A DNA stretch of 64,000 nt from a virus (taxonomy: Duplodnaviria; Caudoviricetes): IMG/VR virus record IMGVR_UViG_3300025267_002170; one strand, 5' to 3'. Positions 18,489-27,571 of this stretch are shown here, in pieces; position 1 is the stretch's first letter, and the number at the start of each line of letters is the position of its first letter. Below the pieces are notes generated by a model. That model was not told where the DNA came from and searched no databases. It saw nothing but the letters and a program-made list of their open reading frames with translations. The translations under genes were made by a program, and so were the position numbers.

Positions 18489-19498
18489 TGTACGTTACTT
18501 ACATAAGAAGCTCTTCTTATAATAATTATGACTTCTGTCAACAACAGTACTTTATAAACTATGTTCTTGGTTACCCCTCTGGTTCTAGTAAAAAGGCCGA
18601 GATGGGAACCATTGTTCATAAGGTTATGGAATGCTTGGCCCGTTCAAAGAAGGCCGTTCAAGATAATAAAAAGAGTTACAAAGATGACTCCTTGGGAAGA
18701 ATTAGAATTACCAAGGACAAGATGCTGTCTTCTAAGTATGTTGACTCTTTAATAGACAAGAGCTACGAGCACTACGTTTCTGAGTCGGTGCATAAATACG
18801 CCCCTAGGGATTACAAGGACTGCGTGAAGTGGTCCCACGCAGCCTTGGAATTTAATCAAGGCCAGTTTGACCCCAGAAACAGAAACGTCGTTGCCCCAGA
18901 GCCTCATTTCGATATCGAGATTAAAGAGCCTTGGGCTAAATACGACTACACTATGCCTGATGGGTCCGAGGTCAGTGGACACCTCGCAATCAAGGGGACT
19001 ATAGATTTGGTCACAGAGGTCTCCGATGGGGTTATGGAGGCCGTAGACTGGAAAACCGGCAGAAGAATAGATTGGGCAACGGGTCAAGAGAAGGACTACG
19101 ACAAGCTCTCTAAAGACCCACAGCTTCTGCTTTATCATTATGCGCTGTCTCATCTTTTCCCAAACTATGAGCAGACCATAATGACCATCTTTTATATCCG
19201 AGACGGAGGTCCGTTCTCGCTTTGTTTTGACGAATCTGATAAGAAGCTATTTTTAGACATGCTAAAGAATAGATTTGAAGAGATAAAAAATAACCAGTCT
19301 CCCAAGCTTCTTTCAGAGGACCACAACCATTGGAAATGTACTAAGCTTTGCCACTATTATAAAAACAACTGGCAAGGTACAAACCAGCGGATGTGTTCTC
19401 ACATAAAAGATAAGATAAACAAAGACGGAATAAATCAGACTGTTGATGAGTGTACTAAAGAAGGTTTCACTCTTGGATATTACTCAGCACCGGGGTAA
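18479..19498 (+). CDS. RecB/AddB/Cas4-like PD-(D/E)XK exonuclease
   Basis: GTIVH, GTIDL, DWKTG and QLLLY; an N-terminal Cys plus C-terminal CxxxC...C suggests an Fe-S staple. Confidence 0.8.
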   Translation: MEIVYVTYIRSSSYNNYDFCQQQYFINYVLGYPSGSSKKAEMGTIVHKVMECLARSKKAVQDNKKSYKDDSLGRIRITKDKMLSSKYVDSLIDKSYEHYVSESVHKYAPRDYKDCVKWSHAALEFNQGQFDPRNRNVVAPEPHFDIEIKEPWAKYDYTMPDGSEVSGHLAIKGTIDLVTEVSDGVMEAVDWKTGRRIDWATGQEKDYDKLSKDPQLLLYHYALSHLFPNYEQTIMTIFYIRDGGPFSLCFDESDKKLFLDMLKNRFEEIKNNQSPKLLSEDHNHWKCTKLCHYYKNNWQGTNQRMCSHIKDKINKDGINQTVDECTKEGFTLGYYSAPG

Positions 19499-19501
19499 GC
19501 C

Positions 19502-21424
19502 ATGACTTGGGTTCCTCTACATTTGCACAGCCACTATAGCTTGCTGGATGGTCTGTCTAAGCCCGGCCAGATATCTGACAGATGCGAGACTCTCGGATAC
19601 GATGTTTGTGCCCTTACAGACCATGGAACAATATCTGGAGCCGTCTCTTTTGTCAAAGCGATGAAAGAGAAGGGAATCAAACCCATCTTGGGATGTGAAC
19701 TGTATCTTTCTCAAGACTCGGCAACAATTCAAGATAAAGAAAACAGAACACTTAGCCATCTTGTGGTTCTCGCAAAAAATAAAGATGGTTGGTTAGACTT
19801 AATTTCGATAGTTTCAAGAAGCAATGATGAAGATGTGTTCTATTTTAGACCTAGAATTGATTTAAGTATTCTAGAAGAGCTTAACAAGAATCAAAACTTA
19901 ATAGCTTTTAGCGGACATCCCGGCAGCGACCTCGCCAATGTTCTTTTTGTTAATTGGAAAAAGGCTTATAATTCTAAGTCATATGAAGAAGCGGCCAAGC
20001 ACCTTAAAAGAAATTGGTTTGAAGAGGCCAGTATTCTTCTGTCTAAGTATATAAATATATTTGGCAAGGAAAACTTCTATATTGAAATTCAGCTTATAGA
20101 TAAAGAGAACTTCCCCGCCTCCGAGTTAATAGCAGAATGCCTAAGAAGCCTTAGCTCCAAGAGTGGAACTCCTCCTGTTGCCACGGCTGACTCCCACTAT
20201 CCCACCAAGGAAGATGCCCCAGACCAACGCATGCTTCTTTGCTCAGCGATGAAAACTACATTGCAAAAGGTCGAGCAAAAGCTAAATGAAGGAAGCGATA
20301 TAGGTCTTTCCGGTTTCTTTAGGTCTGATAATTACCACATACCAACACCGGAAGAGATTGAACCCCTTCATACAAAAGAGGAGATATTAAACACACGTGT
20401 GATATCTGGCTTGTGTGAAGAATATAATATATTAGGGCATCCTATTCTTCCAAAGTTTTCATGTCCAGACAGCCTTAGTGAAGACGCATATCTTCGCTCT
20501 TTGTGTAGAGACGGGTGGAAGAGATTGCTCATAAAATCGGGCAAGATATCAGATGAACATTCTACACAGACATATTTGGAAACAATCAAAAAAGAATTAG
20601 AAGTAATCAAGGACGCTAATCTAGCTGGATATTTCCTAATCGTTAGAGACATAGTTAATTATGTCAGGCAAGAAGGATGGCTTCCGGGTCCGGGGAGAGG
20701 GTCGGCTGCCGGAAGCTTAATCTCATACTTAATAGGCATCACTCAGGTGGACCCCGTAGAATTCGGCTTAATTTTTGAGAGATTCTATAACGCCGGAAGA
20801 AATACAGACGGACATATTTCTTTACCTGATATTGATATAGATGTTCCCGCCACAAAAAGAGACGAAGTTATAAAATATATTCGCTCAAAATATGGCCATT
20901 ACAATGTCGGACAGATGATTACCTTCTTAAAGCTTCAGGGAAGAAGCGCATTAAAAGAAGTTCTTAGAGCGCACGACGCCTGTTCATACGACGAAATGAA
21001 TGCCATAACTAAAACGCTTCCACAAGAGCACGAAATTTCTGACCAACTTCAGGACATGGAAGAGCCTTCAATAATTATGTGGGCTTTAATTAACACACCT
21101 GAAGAGCTTAAAGACTATTGTAGGCTAGACAAAGAAAATAATTTAGTCGGCACATACGCAAAACTTTTTCAACAAGCAATGAGAATTGAAGGAACTTATA
21201 AATCCCAAGGCAAGCATGCCGCTGGCGTGGTCATTTCCTCGCACAATCTAGATAAAGTCTGTCCGATGATTAGAGAATCAAAGGGGTCTGACAAGATAGC
21301 TGGATTAGAAATGGTTGACTTGGAAGCCATGGGGCATGTCAAGTTTGATATTTTGGGTGTAAACCTTTTGGATAAAATTATGGGTATTAGTAGTCAATTA
21401 TCATGTGGAGTAATCGAGGTTTAA
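19502..21424 (+). CDS. dnaE: DNA polymerase III alpha, N-terminal subunit (PHP + palm/thumb) of a split DnaE
   Basis: LHLHSHYSLLDG, LTDHG, GRGSAAGS, FERF, PDIDID, HAAG and KFDILG; stops about 20 aa after KFDILG. Confidence 0.92.
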   Translation: MTWVPLHLHSHYSLLDGLSKPGQISDRCETLGYDVCALTDHGTISGAVSFVKAMKEKGIKPILGCELYLSQDSATIQDKENRTLSHLVVLAKNKDGWLDLISIVSRSNDEDVFYFRPRIDLSILEELNKNQNLIAFSGHPGSDLANVLFVNWKKAYNSKSYEEAAKHLKRNWFEEASILLSKYINIFGKENFYIEIQLIDKENFPASELIAECLRSLSSKSGTPPVATADSHYPTKEDAPDQRMLLCSAMKTTLQKVEQKLNEGSDIGLSGFFRSDNYHIPTPEEIEPLHTKEEILNTRVISGLCEEYNILGHPILPKFSCPDSLSEDAYLRSLCRDGWKRLLIKSGKISDEHSTQTYLETIKKELEVIKDANLAGYFLIVRDIVNYVRQEGWLPGPGRGSAAGSLISYLIGITQVDPVEFGLIFERFYNAGRNTDGHISLPDIDIDVPATKRDEVIKYIRSKYGHYNVGQMITFLKLQGRSALKEVLRAHDACSYDEMNAITKTLPQEHEISDQLQDMEEPSIIMWALINTPEELKDYCRLDKENNLVGTYAKLFQQAMRIEGTYKSQGKHAAGVVISSHNLDKVCPMIRESKGSDKIAGLEMVDLEAMGHVKFDILGVNLLDKIMGISSQLSCGVIEV

Positions 21425-21427
21425 TTA

Positions 21428-21649
21428 ATGGTTTCCAATAAGCAACTATACAAAAAGATTATCCAAGACGGATGCGCTGTCGAGTATAAGCAACTGAGCA
21501 TATGCATTCTCAGTGATTATTATAAAGGATATTTTGACGGTAAAATTTATCAAGTTGATTGTGAACATCCAAAGGTTAAGCATAGCGAGTTGTATAAGAG
21601 CTTAGACAAAGCTGTGACTAAGTTCTTAGAACTCAAGAGGAAAATATAA
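21428..21649 (+). CDS. Hypothetical protein
   Basis: 73-aa ORF with a GAGG SD, TAATG-coupled to the next gene. Confidence 0.55.
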   Translation: MVSNKQLYKKIIQDGCAVEYKQLSICILSDYYKGYFDGKIYQVDCEHPKVKHSELYKSLDKAVTKFLELKRKI

Positions 21650-22134
21650 TGAGTTTTAGCAAAGGTAGAATTGGAGAAGACTTTGCTAAAAGCGTATTAG
21701 AAAGTTGTGGAATAAAGTGTTCCAAAAATGACGACTACGAAAAGAGATACGACTACGACTTAGAGTGCAAAGTTGGAAGAAGGGGCTTTACTATAGAAGT
21801 AAAGTACGACTATAAGGCGGAAGAAACTGGCAATATAGCTATAGAACACCACAACACAAAAGTGGACCGCCCAAGCGGGATAACCGCCACGAAAGCCGAC
21901 TTATGGGTTTACGTTCTTGGGGCTGGCAATAATCTAAATTCGTGGGTAGTAAAATCAGAATCCCTAAAGGACTTCTTGGAAGAAGTTCCTCCGTTTAAAG
22001 AGGTTGTATACGGTGGAGACAACAACGCCGCTTTGTACATATACAAAAAGGAAGACATACTGGGACCATTATTTATTAGAATGGATGATTTAGAAGAAGA
22101 CGGATTGAAAGCCCTAATAAAAGGACTGCTATGA
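21649..22134 (+). CDS. PD-(D/E)XK-fold endonuclease
   Basis: GRIGE, YDL, IEVKYD and GNIAIE. Confidence 0.7.
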   Translation: MSFSKGRIGEDFAKSVLESCGIKCSKNDDYEKRYDYDLECKVGRRGFTIEVKYDYKAEETGNIAIEHHNTKVDRPSGITATKADLWVYVLGAGNNLNSWVVKSESLKDFLEEVPPFKEVVYGGDNNAALYIYKKEDILGPLFIRMDDLEEDGLKALIKGLL

Positions 22135-22814
22135 ATTACAGAGACATAATTGTTTTTGATTTTGAAACAGGAAGCAGAAACCCACACAAGACACAGCCTA
22201 CACAAATAGCTGCGGTAGCTATTCATGGAAGAAAGCTAACCGTACAACCGGGTGGATATTTCAATAGTGAAATCAGACCCATAATTGACGATGACGAAGC
22301 TATTGAATCTGGTCTTGACCCCCTAGAGGAAGAGGCTCTGGCAATCACACACAAGGACAGGGAGTCTTTGGCCAAAGCCCCCCATCCCAAACAGGTGTGG
22401 GGGAAGTTCTCAGATTTTGTTAATAAGTACAACTTTAAAAAAACTTCTTTCTATGCGCCAATACCTGCTGGGTATAACATAAACGGCTTTGATATGCCAA
22501 TAGTTAATAGAATGTGTCAGCAATATGGTCCTAGAGATGATAAAACTGGCGGGCAAAAACTCTTTAATAAAGCATACAAACTAGACGTAATGGACCTAGT
22601 TTGGGTTTGGATGGAAAATAATCCAGACGTAAAGTCTATAAGCATGGATTCAATGAGAGACTATATGGGGATAGATAAAGAGGGTTCCCATGATGCTCTA
22701 AAGGATGTTAAAGATACTGCAAATATAATGATAAGATTTTTGAAGTTTCACAGGGCGTTAGCACCTAAAACACAATTTGAAAAGGCTTTTGCAGATGGAA
22801 AATCTTACATTTAA
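22131..22814 (+). CDS. DnaQ-like DEDDh 3'-5' exonuclease
   Basis: VFDFETG, GYNINGFD and HDALKDV (Exo I/II/III). Confidence 0.88.
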   Translation: MNYRDIIVFDFETGSRNPHKTQPTQIAAVAIHGRKLTVQPGGYFNSEIRPIIDDDEAIESGLDPLEEEALAITHKDRESLAKAPHPKQVWGKFSDFVNKYNFKKTSFYAPIPAGYNINGFDMPIVNRMCQQYGPRDDKTGGQKLFNKAYKLDVMDLVWVWMENNPDVKSISMDSMRDYMGIDKEGSHDALKDVKDTANIMIRFLKFHRALAPKTQFEKAFADGKSYI

Positions 22815-24447
22815 ATGTGGATGCAAGTTTAAATTAAAGGACCGCTCTCCCTCTGGAAATAATAGTACTCCAAGTATAGATATTGATATATCTAAAATTG
22901 ACTACTCGTGTTCCAAAACTTGGGACATAATCTGTGAAGGCAAAACAAAAGGTGTTTTTCAGCTTGAAAGTAATTTAGGTCAGTCTTGGGCAAAAAGAGT
23001 AAAGCCAAAGAGCATAGAAGAACTGGCCGCTTTGTCTGCTCTTCTGAGACCGGGATGCTTAAAGGCAATCGTGGACGGCAAGTCCATGACGCAGCATTAT
23101 GTTGACCGTAAACACGGCGAAGAGGAAATAAGCTATCTACACGACTCCTTAGAGCCGATACTGAAGTCAACCCAAGGGGTTCTGGTATATCAAGAGCAAT
23201 CAATGAAGATTGTGGAAGTCATAGCGGGCTTTAATCTCCAAGAGGCAGACAATCTGCGCAAAGCAATCGGCAAGAAAAAAGCCGACCTCATGGCAGACAT
23301 TAAGAAAAAGTTTTTAAAGGGGGCGAAAAAAAAGGGTGTTGTATCTACAGAAATTGCGGAGGAGATATTCAGTTGGATTGAAAAATCGAATCGGTATGCT
23401 TTTAATAAGTCCCATGCTGTTAGTTATGCTGTTTGTGGTTATTGGTCTGCTTACGCTAAGGCACATTTTCCCCTCAATTTTTACTGCAATTACCTATACT
23501 ACGCTAGAGGAAAGCCAGATTCCCAAGAGGAAATTAGAGAGCTAATTTCTGATGCAAAACTAAACGAAATAACAGTCACCACCCCCTCTATAAAACATAT
23601 GTCTGAGAGCTTTGAAATTAGAGATGGGTTAATAACCTTTGGATTTAAAGATATAAAATATATAGGCGAAAGCCAAGCCAAAAAGCTGTTCAACTCTATC
23701 AGAGAACAAGAGCAGGTATTTGGCAAAGAGATGTCCGACTGGACTTGGTATGAATTTTTGATTAATGTTTCGGGATTGAACACAACCAAAGTAATTTCTT
23801 CCTTAATATTGGTTGGTGCTTTATCGTTTTTTCCAGACCACAAGTCAAGAAGCAGAACTCTATATGAATTTGAAACTTGGCAAAAACTTACGACCAAAGA
23901 AAAAGACTGGGTTAAAGAAAGATACAAAAACTGGGACAATGTTCTTGACGCACTAAAGGCATTGACTCCCACCAAAAAAGATGGCGGCGGAACATCTAAT
24001 AAAAACAGATGTGAAATAGTCAAAGACCTCGTCTACCAACTGAAAAACCCCCCGTATGAACTAAAAGATTTTCCAAACGACATCGCCAATGAGGAAGACA
24101 GGCTTCTGGGTGTCTCTATTACGTATTCCAAGATAGACTCATGTGATACGAGCATGTCAAATGGCACTTGCAAGGAGTTCATCGATGGAAAGCCGGGAAA
24201 GATGTCTCTAGCTGTCGAAGTAAAATCTTGTAGAGAGTGGGCTATAAAAAATGGCAAGATGAAAAATAAAAAGATGGCTTTCATAACCGTTGAGGACAAC
24301 TCCTGCGAGCTTTCTTCAGTGATAGCCTTCCCAGAAACTTGGGAAGAAAACAAAGAGTTGCTTGTTAAAGGAAATACTGTTCTTATCATAGGAGAGCGGT
24401 CAAAAAAGAAGGATAGCTTTATTGTTCAAAGGGTTTCTCAAATTTGA
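22795..24447 (+). CDS. dnaE: DNA polymerase III alpha, C-terminal subunit (fingers, HhH, OB) of a split DnaE
   Basis: GVFQLES, LLRPG, YQEQ, ADNLRKAIGKK, YAFNKSHA..Y, IKYIG and MAFITVED; begins where the N-half ends. ATG 22795 preferred over TTG 22777. Confidence 0.92.
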   Translation: MENLTFKCGCKFKLKDRSPSGNNSTPSIDIDISKIDYSCSKTWDIICEGKTKGVFQLESNLGQSWAKRVKPKSIEELAALSALLRPGCLKAIVDGKSMTQHYVDRKHGEEEISYLHDSLEPILKSTQGVLVYQEQSMKIVEVIAGFNLQEADNLRKAIGKKKADLMADIKKKFLKGAKKKGVVSTEIAEEIFSWIEKSNRYAFNKSHAVSYAVCGYWSAYAKAHFPLNFYCNYLYYARGKPDSQEEIRELISDAKLNEITVTTPSIKHMSESFEIRDGLITFGFKDIKYIGESQAKKLFNSIREQEQVFGKEMSDWTWYEFLINVSGLNTTKVISSLILVGALSFFPDHKSRSRTLYEFETWQKLTTKEKDWVKERYKNWDNVLDALKALTPTKKDGGGTSNKNRCEIVKDLVYQLKNPPYELKDFPNDIANEEDRLLGVSITYSKIDSCDTSMSNGTCKEFIDGKPGKMSLAVEVKSCREWAIKNGKMKNKKMAFITVEDNSCELSSVIAFPETWEENKELLVKGNTVLIIGERSKKKDSFIVQRVSQI

Positions 24448-24471
24448 ATACATGATACTTTATAACATAAA

Positions 24472-25035
24472 ATGTGTTCTGAATCAATATACGACTTCTT
24501 CAAAAGTCACAAATATTTTGTATCGGTCTATCCTGATATAGACGCAAATGCATGTCTAGTAGAATATCCACAAAGAACCTGCGTAAAGCCCGTCTTTGAT
24601 GGACTAACTAGTGTGTATTGTTTTGAAGAATTAAATGAGGCTTATGATACATCTGGAATAAGTTATGTTGCCACAAGCTTCCCTTCTCACGCCCCAGAGG
24701 AAGAAAGCCAAACTCTTGAAACTAACGTTTTTATTCCGTGTCCTAGATATGCCGCAAGGACTCTAGCATATTATGACATATACTATAAAACTAAAAGTAT
24801 AAAACTTTCACCAGAGATTATATTTCTGCTAAACGAAAAGGGACTGGGGGAAACCACGTTCTCGCTGTATAATATATTTAAACCCAGCCTATCGAAGGAG
24901 GATGGGCGGAAGGAATCAAAACTTGCTGGCTTTATGTTTCTAAAAATAGAAGATGAGGAGACAGATTTGGCGTCTGGGGCAATAGAAGAAGATGTCCTCG
25001 AAGGATATCGGTTACTGGACACGATTCCGCTCTAA
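24472..25035 (+). CDS. Hypothetical protein
   Basis: 187-aa ORF; no motif recognised. Confidence 0.55.
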   Translation: MCSESIYDFFKSHKYFVSVYPDIDANACLVEYPQRTCVKPVFDGLTSVYCFEELNEAYDTSGISYVATSFPSHAPEEESQTLETNVFIPCPRYAARTLAYYDIYYKTKSIKLSPEIIFLLNEKGLGETTFSLYNIFKPSLSKEDGRKESKLAGFMFLKIEDEETDLASGAIEEDVLEGYRLLDTIPL

Positions 25036-25047
25036 GGAGATTTTGGA

Positions 25048-25437
25048 ATGAACTCTTGCAGTTTTGTAGGACGCTTTGTGAAAGACCCGGAGGTCCGCAA
25101 GGCAAATGGCGTAGACGTTTTAGATTTTACCTTGGCTATCCCAGAGTATAGAAAGACCAAGGAAGGCAAAGTTAAAACTGTGGACTTTCTAGATTTTGTA
25201 GCTTGGGATAGCGGCGCTTCAACTATTGCAAAGTATTGCCTTAAAGGAGACAAGATTGCTGTAACCTGCTCCGCAAGGCAGGAAAGATGGAACGACGACA
25301 GTGGCAACAAAAGGCACACCATTAAATTTCGTGTTAACAAGTTCGATTTAATTAACAGCTTTCGAAATTCTGACGAAGATTACGAAGAGGATTCTTCAGT
25401 ACGCGCAGAATCGGAGACTGAAGAAGCTACAGTGTAA
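25048..25437 (+). CDS. ssb: Single-stranded DNA-binding protein
   Basis: MN..FVGRFVKDPE, DF..VAW, KGDKI and an acidic C-terminal tail; AAGGAG SD. Confidence 0.9.
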   Translation: MNSCSFVGRFVKDPEVRKANGVDVLDFTLAIPEYRKTKEGKVKTVDFLDFVAWDSGASTIAKYCLKGDKIAVTCSARQERWNDDSGNKRHTIKFRVNKFDLINSFRNSDEDYEEDSSVRAESETEEATV

Positions 25438-25438
25438 T

Positions 25439-25912
25439 ATGGAAGAGAACAATGTTGGGCTAAAGTCTGAACAGCAACAGGTCATGGATAACTATGGCCT
25501 TGTTGTTTCTCAGGCTTTAGCCTTTTGTTCTTCAAGGTCTTCAGATTTAGAGGACTATATACAATCTGGACTTATTGGCCTTCTCAAAGCAATAAGAAAG
25601 CACGACCCTAAAAGAAGCAAGCTTTCAACTTATGCCACAACATGCATAAGAAATGAAATAATTAAGTATATAAACAAGAACAAGAAGCATAACGTAAAGA
25701 AAGTTCCCCTTGAAGATATAGAGGTTCCAGAGAAGAGCATAGACTGGGATACTCTAACCGACTCTTTGTCAGAAGAAGAAAAATCTATACTTAAGCTTAG
25801 ACTTGGTAACAACTCTTATAGAGAGATTTCAGACAATATGGAACTCTCTAGAAATTATATAAAATCTTCAATGAAAACAATCCTAATTAAACTCAGGAAA
25901 GATTTGGGATAG
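25439..25912 (+). CDS. Minimal sigma-70-family factor (regions 2 and 4)
   Basis: EDYIQSGLIGLLKAIRKHDP...LSTYATTCIRNEI and LSEEEKSIL...SYREIS. Confidence 0.85.
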   Translation: MEENNVGLKSEQQQVMDNYGLVVSQALAFCSSRSSDLEDYIQSGLIGLLKAIRKHDPKRSKLSTYATTCIRNEIIKYINKNKKHNVKKVPLEDIEVPEKSIDWDTLTDSLSEEEKSILKLRLGNNSYREISDNMELSRNYIKSSMKTILIKLRKDLG

Positions 25913-27571
25913 ATGGTTGGTTCACAGAACTTAACAAGAAAGAGAAGAATCCTTTTCTGTGGGGAGGCTTCCTATCTAAGCACTGGCTACGCTACGTATA
26001 CCAGAGAGGTTTTGCGTAGGCTTCATGCAACTGGCAAGTATGATATAGCAGAACTTGGAACCTATGGTAAGCCAGAGGAGCCTGAAATTAAAGATGTTCC
26101 TTGGAAATTCTATCCAAATATACCGGACATAAATAATACAAAAGCTGTTGAAGAATACAACTCAAACAATATAAACCAGTTTGGTGCTTGGAAATTTGAA
26201 TCGATATGTCTGGATTTTAAACCAGATATAGTATGTGACATACGTGACTTTTGGATGATGGAGTTTCAGGAAAGGTCTCCGTTTAGAAAGTTCTATAACT
26301 GGACCATAATGCCAACGGTTGATGCCGCTCCTCAACACAAGCAGTGGATTCATACTTATGCTAATGCCGATGGTGTGTTTACCTATTCTGATTGGGCACT
26401 GTCTTCTCTCAAAGAACAAAGCGGAGCAGCTATAAACTGCCTTGGAAGCGCTCCACCCTCCGCAGATTCATCTTACTCTCCAGTGCAAGATAAAGAGGCT
26501 CACAAAAGAAGTCTTGGATTTGAAGACGGTGTAAAAATAATTGGAACAGTTATGCGAAACCAAAGACGCAAACTGTATCCAGACCTTTTTGAAGCATTCA
26601 GAATGTTCTTAGACAAGAGTGGAAGAACCGATGTCTATTTGTATTGCCACACCAGCTACCCCGACCTCGGCTGGGACTTGCCAGAAATAATGATGAAGTG
26701 TGGGGTGGCAAGTAAATGCCTGTTTACATATATTTGTAGCGAATGCGGCTATGTGTTCCCAGACTTCTTTAAAGATGCAATCTCTCAGTGCAAAAAATGC
26801 AATAAATTCTCTGCAAAGCTTTCCAATGTTAGAAACGGCGTACCAGTAGAGATACTTTCTTCAATAGTTAATTGCTTTGACCTGTATGTACAATATGCAA
26901 ACAGTGAGGGGTTTGGATTGCCGCAAGTAGAAGCCGCCGCCTGTGGAGTTCCAGTCATGAGTGTCGACTACTCTGCTATGAGCAGCGTCATAAGAAAACT
27001 CGGAGGAACTCCTCTCAAGCCGAAAACTCTCTACAAAGAGTTAGAAACTGGATGCATGAGAGCGGTTCCTGATAATGAACACACTGCTCAAAAGTTCGTA
27101 GAGTTTTTTGATTTGCCACAGGCAATGCGTATGAAAAAGGGATTTGAGTCAAGGAAGCTTTTTGAAGAACATTATCAATGGAACCAAACAGCTGATAAAT
27201 GGGAACAAAGATTTGATTCTGTAGAAATTCTGCCCGAATCTGAGACTTGGAAATCACCGCCAAGAATTCACTTACCCAGCGACAGATACCCAGAGGGTAT
27301 GGACAACAAAAATTTAGTGGACTGGCTTATAATAAATGTCTTGGGGGAACCAGAAAAGCTAAACTCCTATATGTCTTCTAGGCTTGTCAGAGACCTGAAC
27401 TATGGACAGACTACAGAAGGAATGGGAGGAATATACTATAATGAAAACTCCCTTTTAGATTCGGCTCCCAAGACTATGGTATTTAATCCACACGACGCTT
27501 ACAAGCACATGCTAGAGTTGTGCAATAGAAGAAACTATTGGGAGAAAATGAGGCATAAGGTTCTGTTATGA
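25913..27571 (+). CDS. GT-B (GT4-like) glycosyltransferase with an internal Zn-ribbon
   Basis: TGYATY, RNQRRK, EGFGLPQVEAAACGVP and a CSECG...CKKC insert. Confidence 0.85.
   Translation: MVGSQNLTRKRRILFCGEASYLSTGYATYTREVLRRLHATGKYDIAELGTYGKPEEPEIKDVPWKFYPNIPDINNTKAVEEYNSNNINQFGAWKFESICLDFKPDIVCDIRDFWMMEFQERSPFRKFYNWTIMPTVDAAPQHKQWIHTYANADGVFTYSDWALSSLKEQSGAAINCLGSAPPSADSSYSPVQDKEAHKRSLGFEDGVKIIGTVMRNQRRKLYPDLFEAFRMFLDKSGRTDVYLYCHTSYPDLGWDLPEIMMKCGVASKCLFTYICSECGYVFPDFFKDAISQCKKCNKFSAKLSNVRNGVPVEILSSIVNCFDLYVQYANSEGFGLPQVEAAACGVPVMSVDYSAMSSVIRKLGGTPLKPKTLYKELETGCMRAVPDNEHTAQKFVEFFDLPQAMRMKKGFESRKLFEEHYQWNQTADKWEQRFDSVEILPESETWKSPPRIHLPSDRYPEGMDNKNLVDWLIINVLGEPEKLNSYMSSRLVRDLNYGQTTEGMGGIYYNENSLLDSAPKTMVFNPHDAYKHMLELCNRRNYWEKMRHKVLL

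Noticed and set aside
21360-22860. Split intein or self-splicing intron joining the dnaE halves
   Set aside because: The terminal extensions are too short and lack intein motifs. The gap is fully occupied by three coupled ORFs with no non-coding space for a ribozyme.
23326-23333. Other A8/T8 runs (also near 43383 and 52265) as slippage sites
   Set aside because: They encode Lys runs in uninterrupted genes with no sign of a split reading frame.
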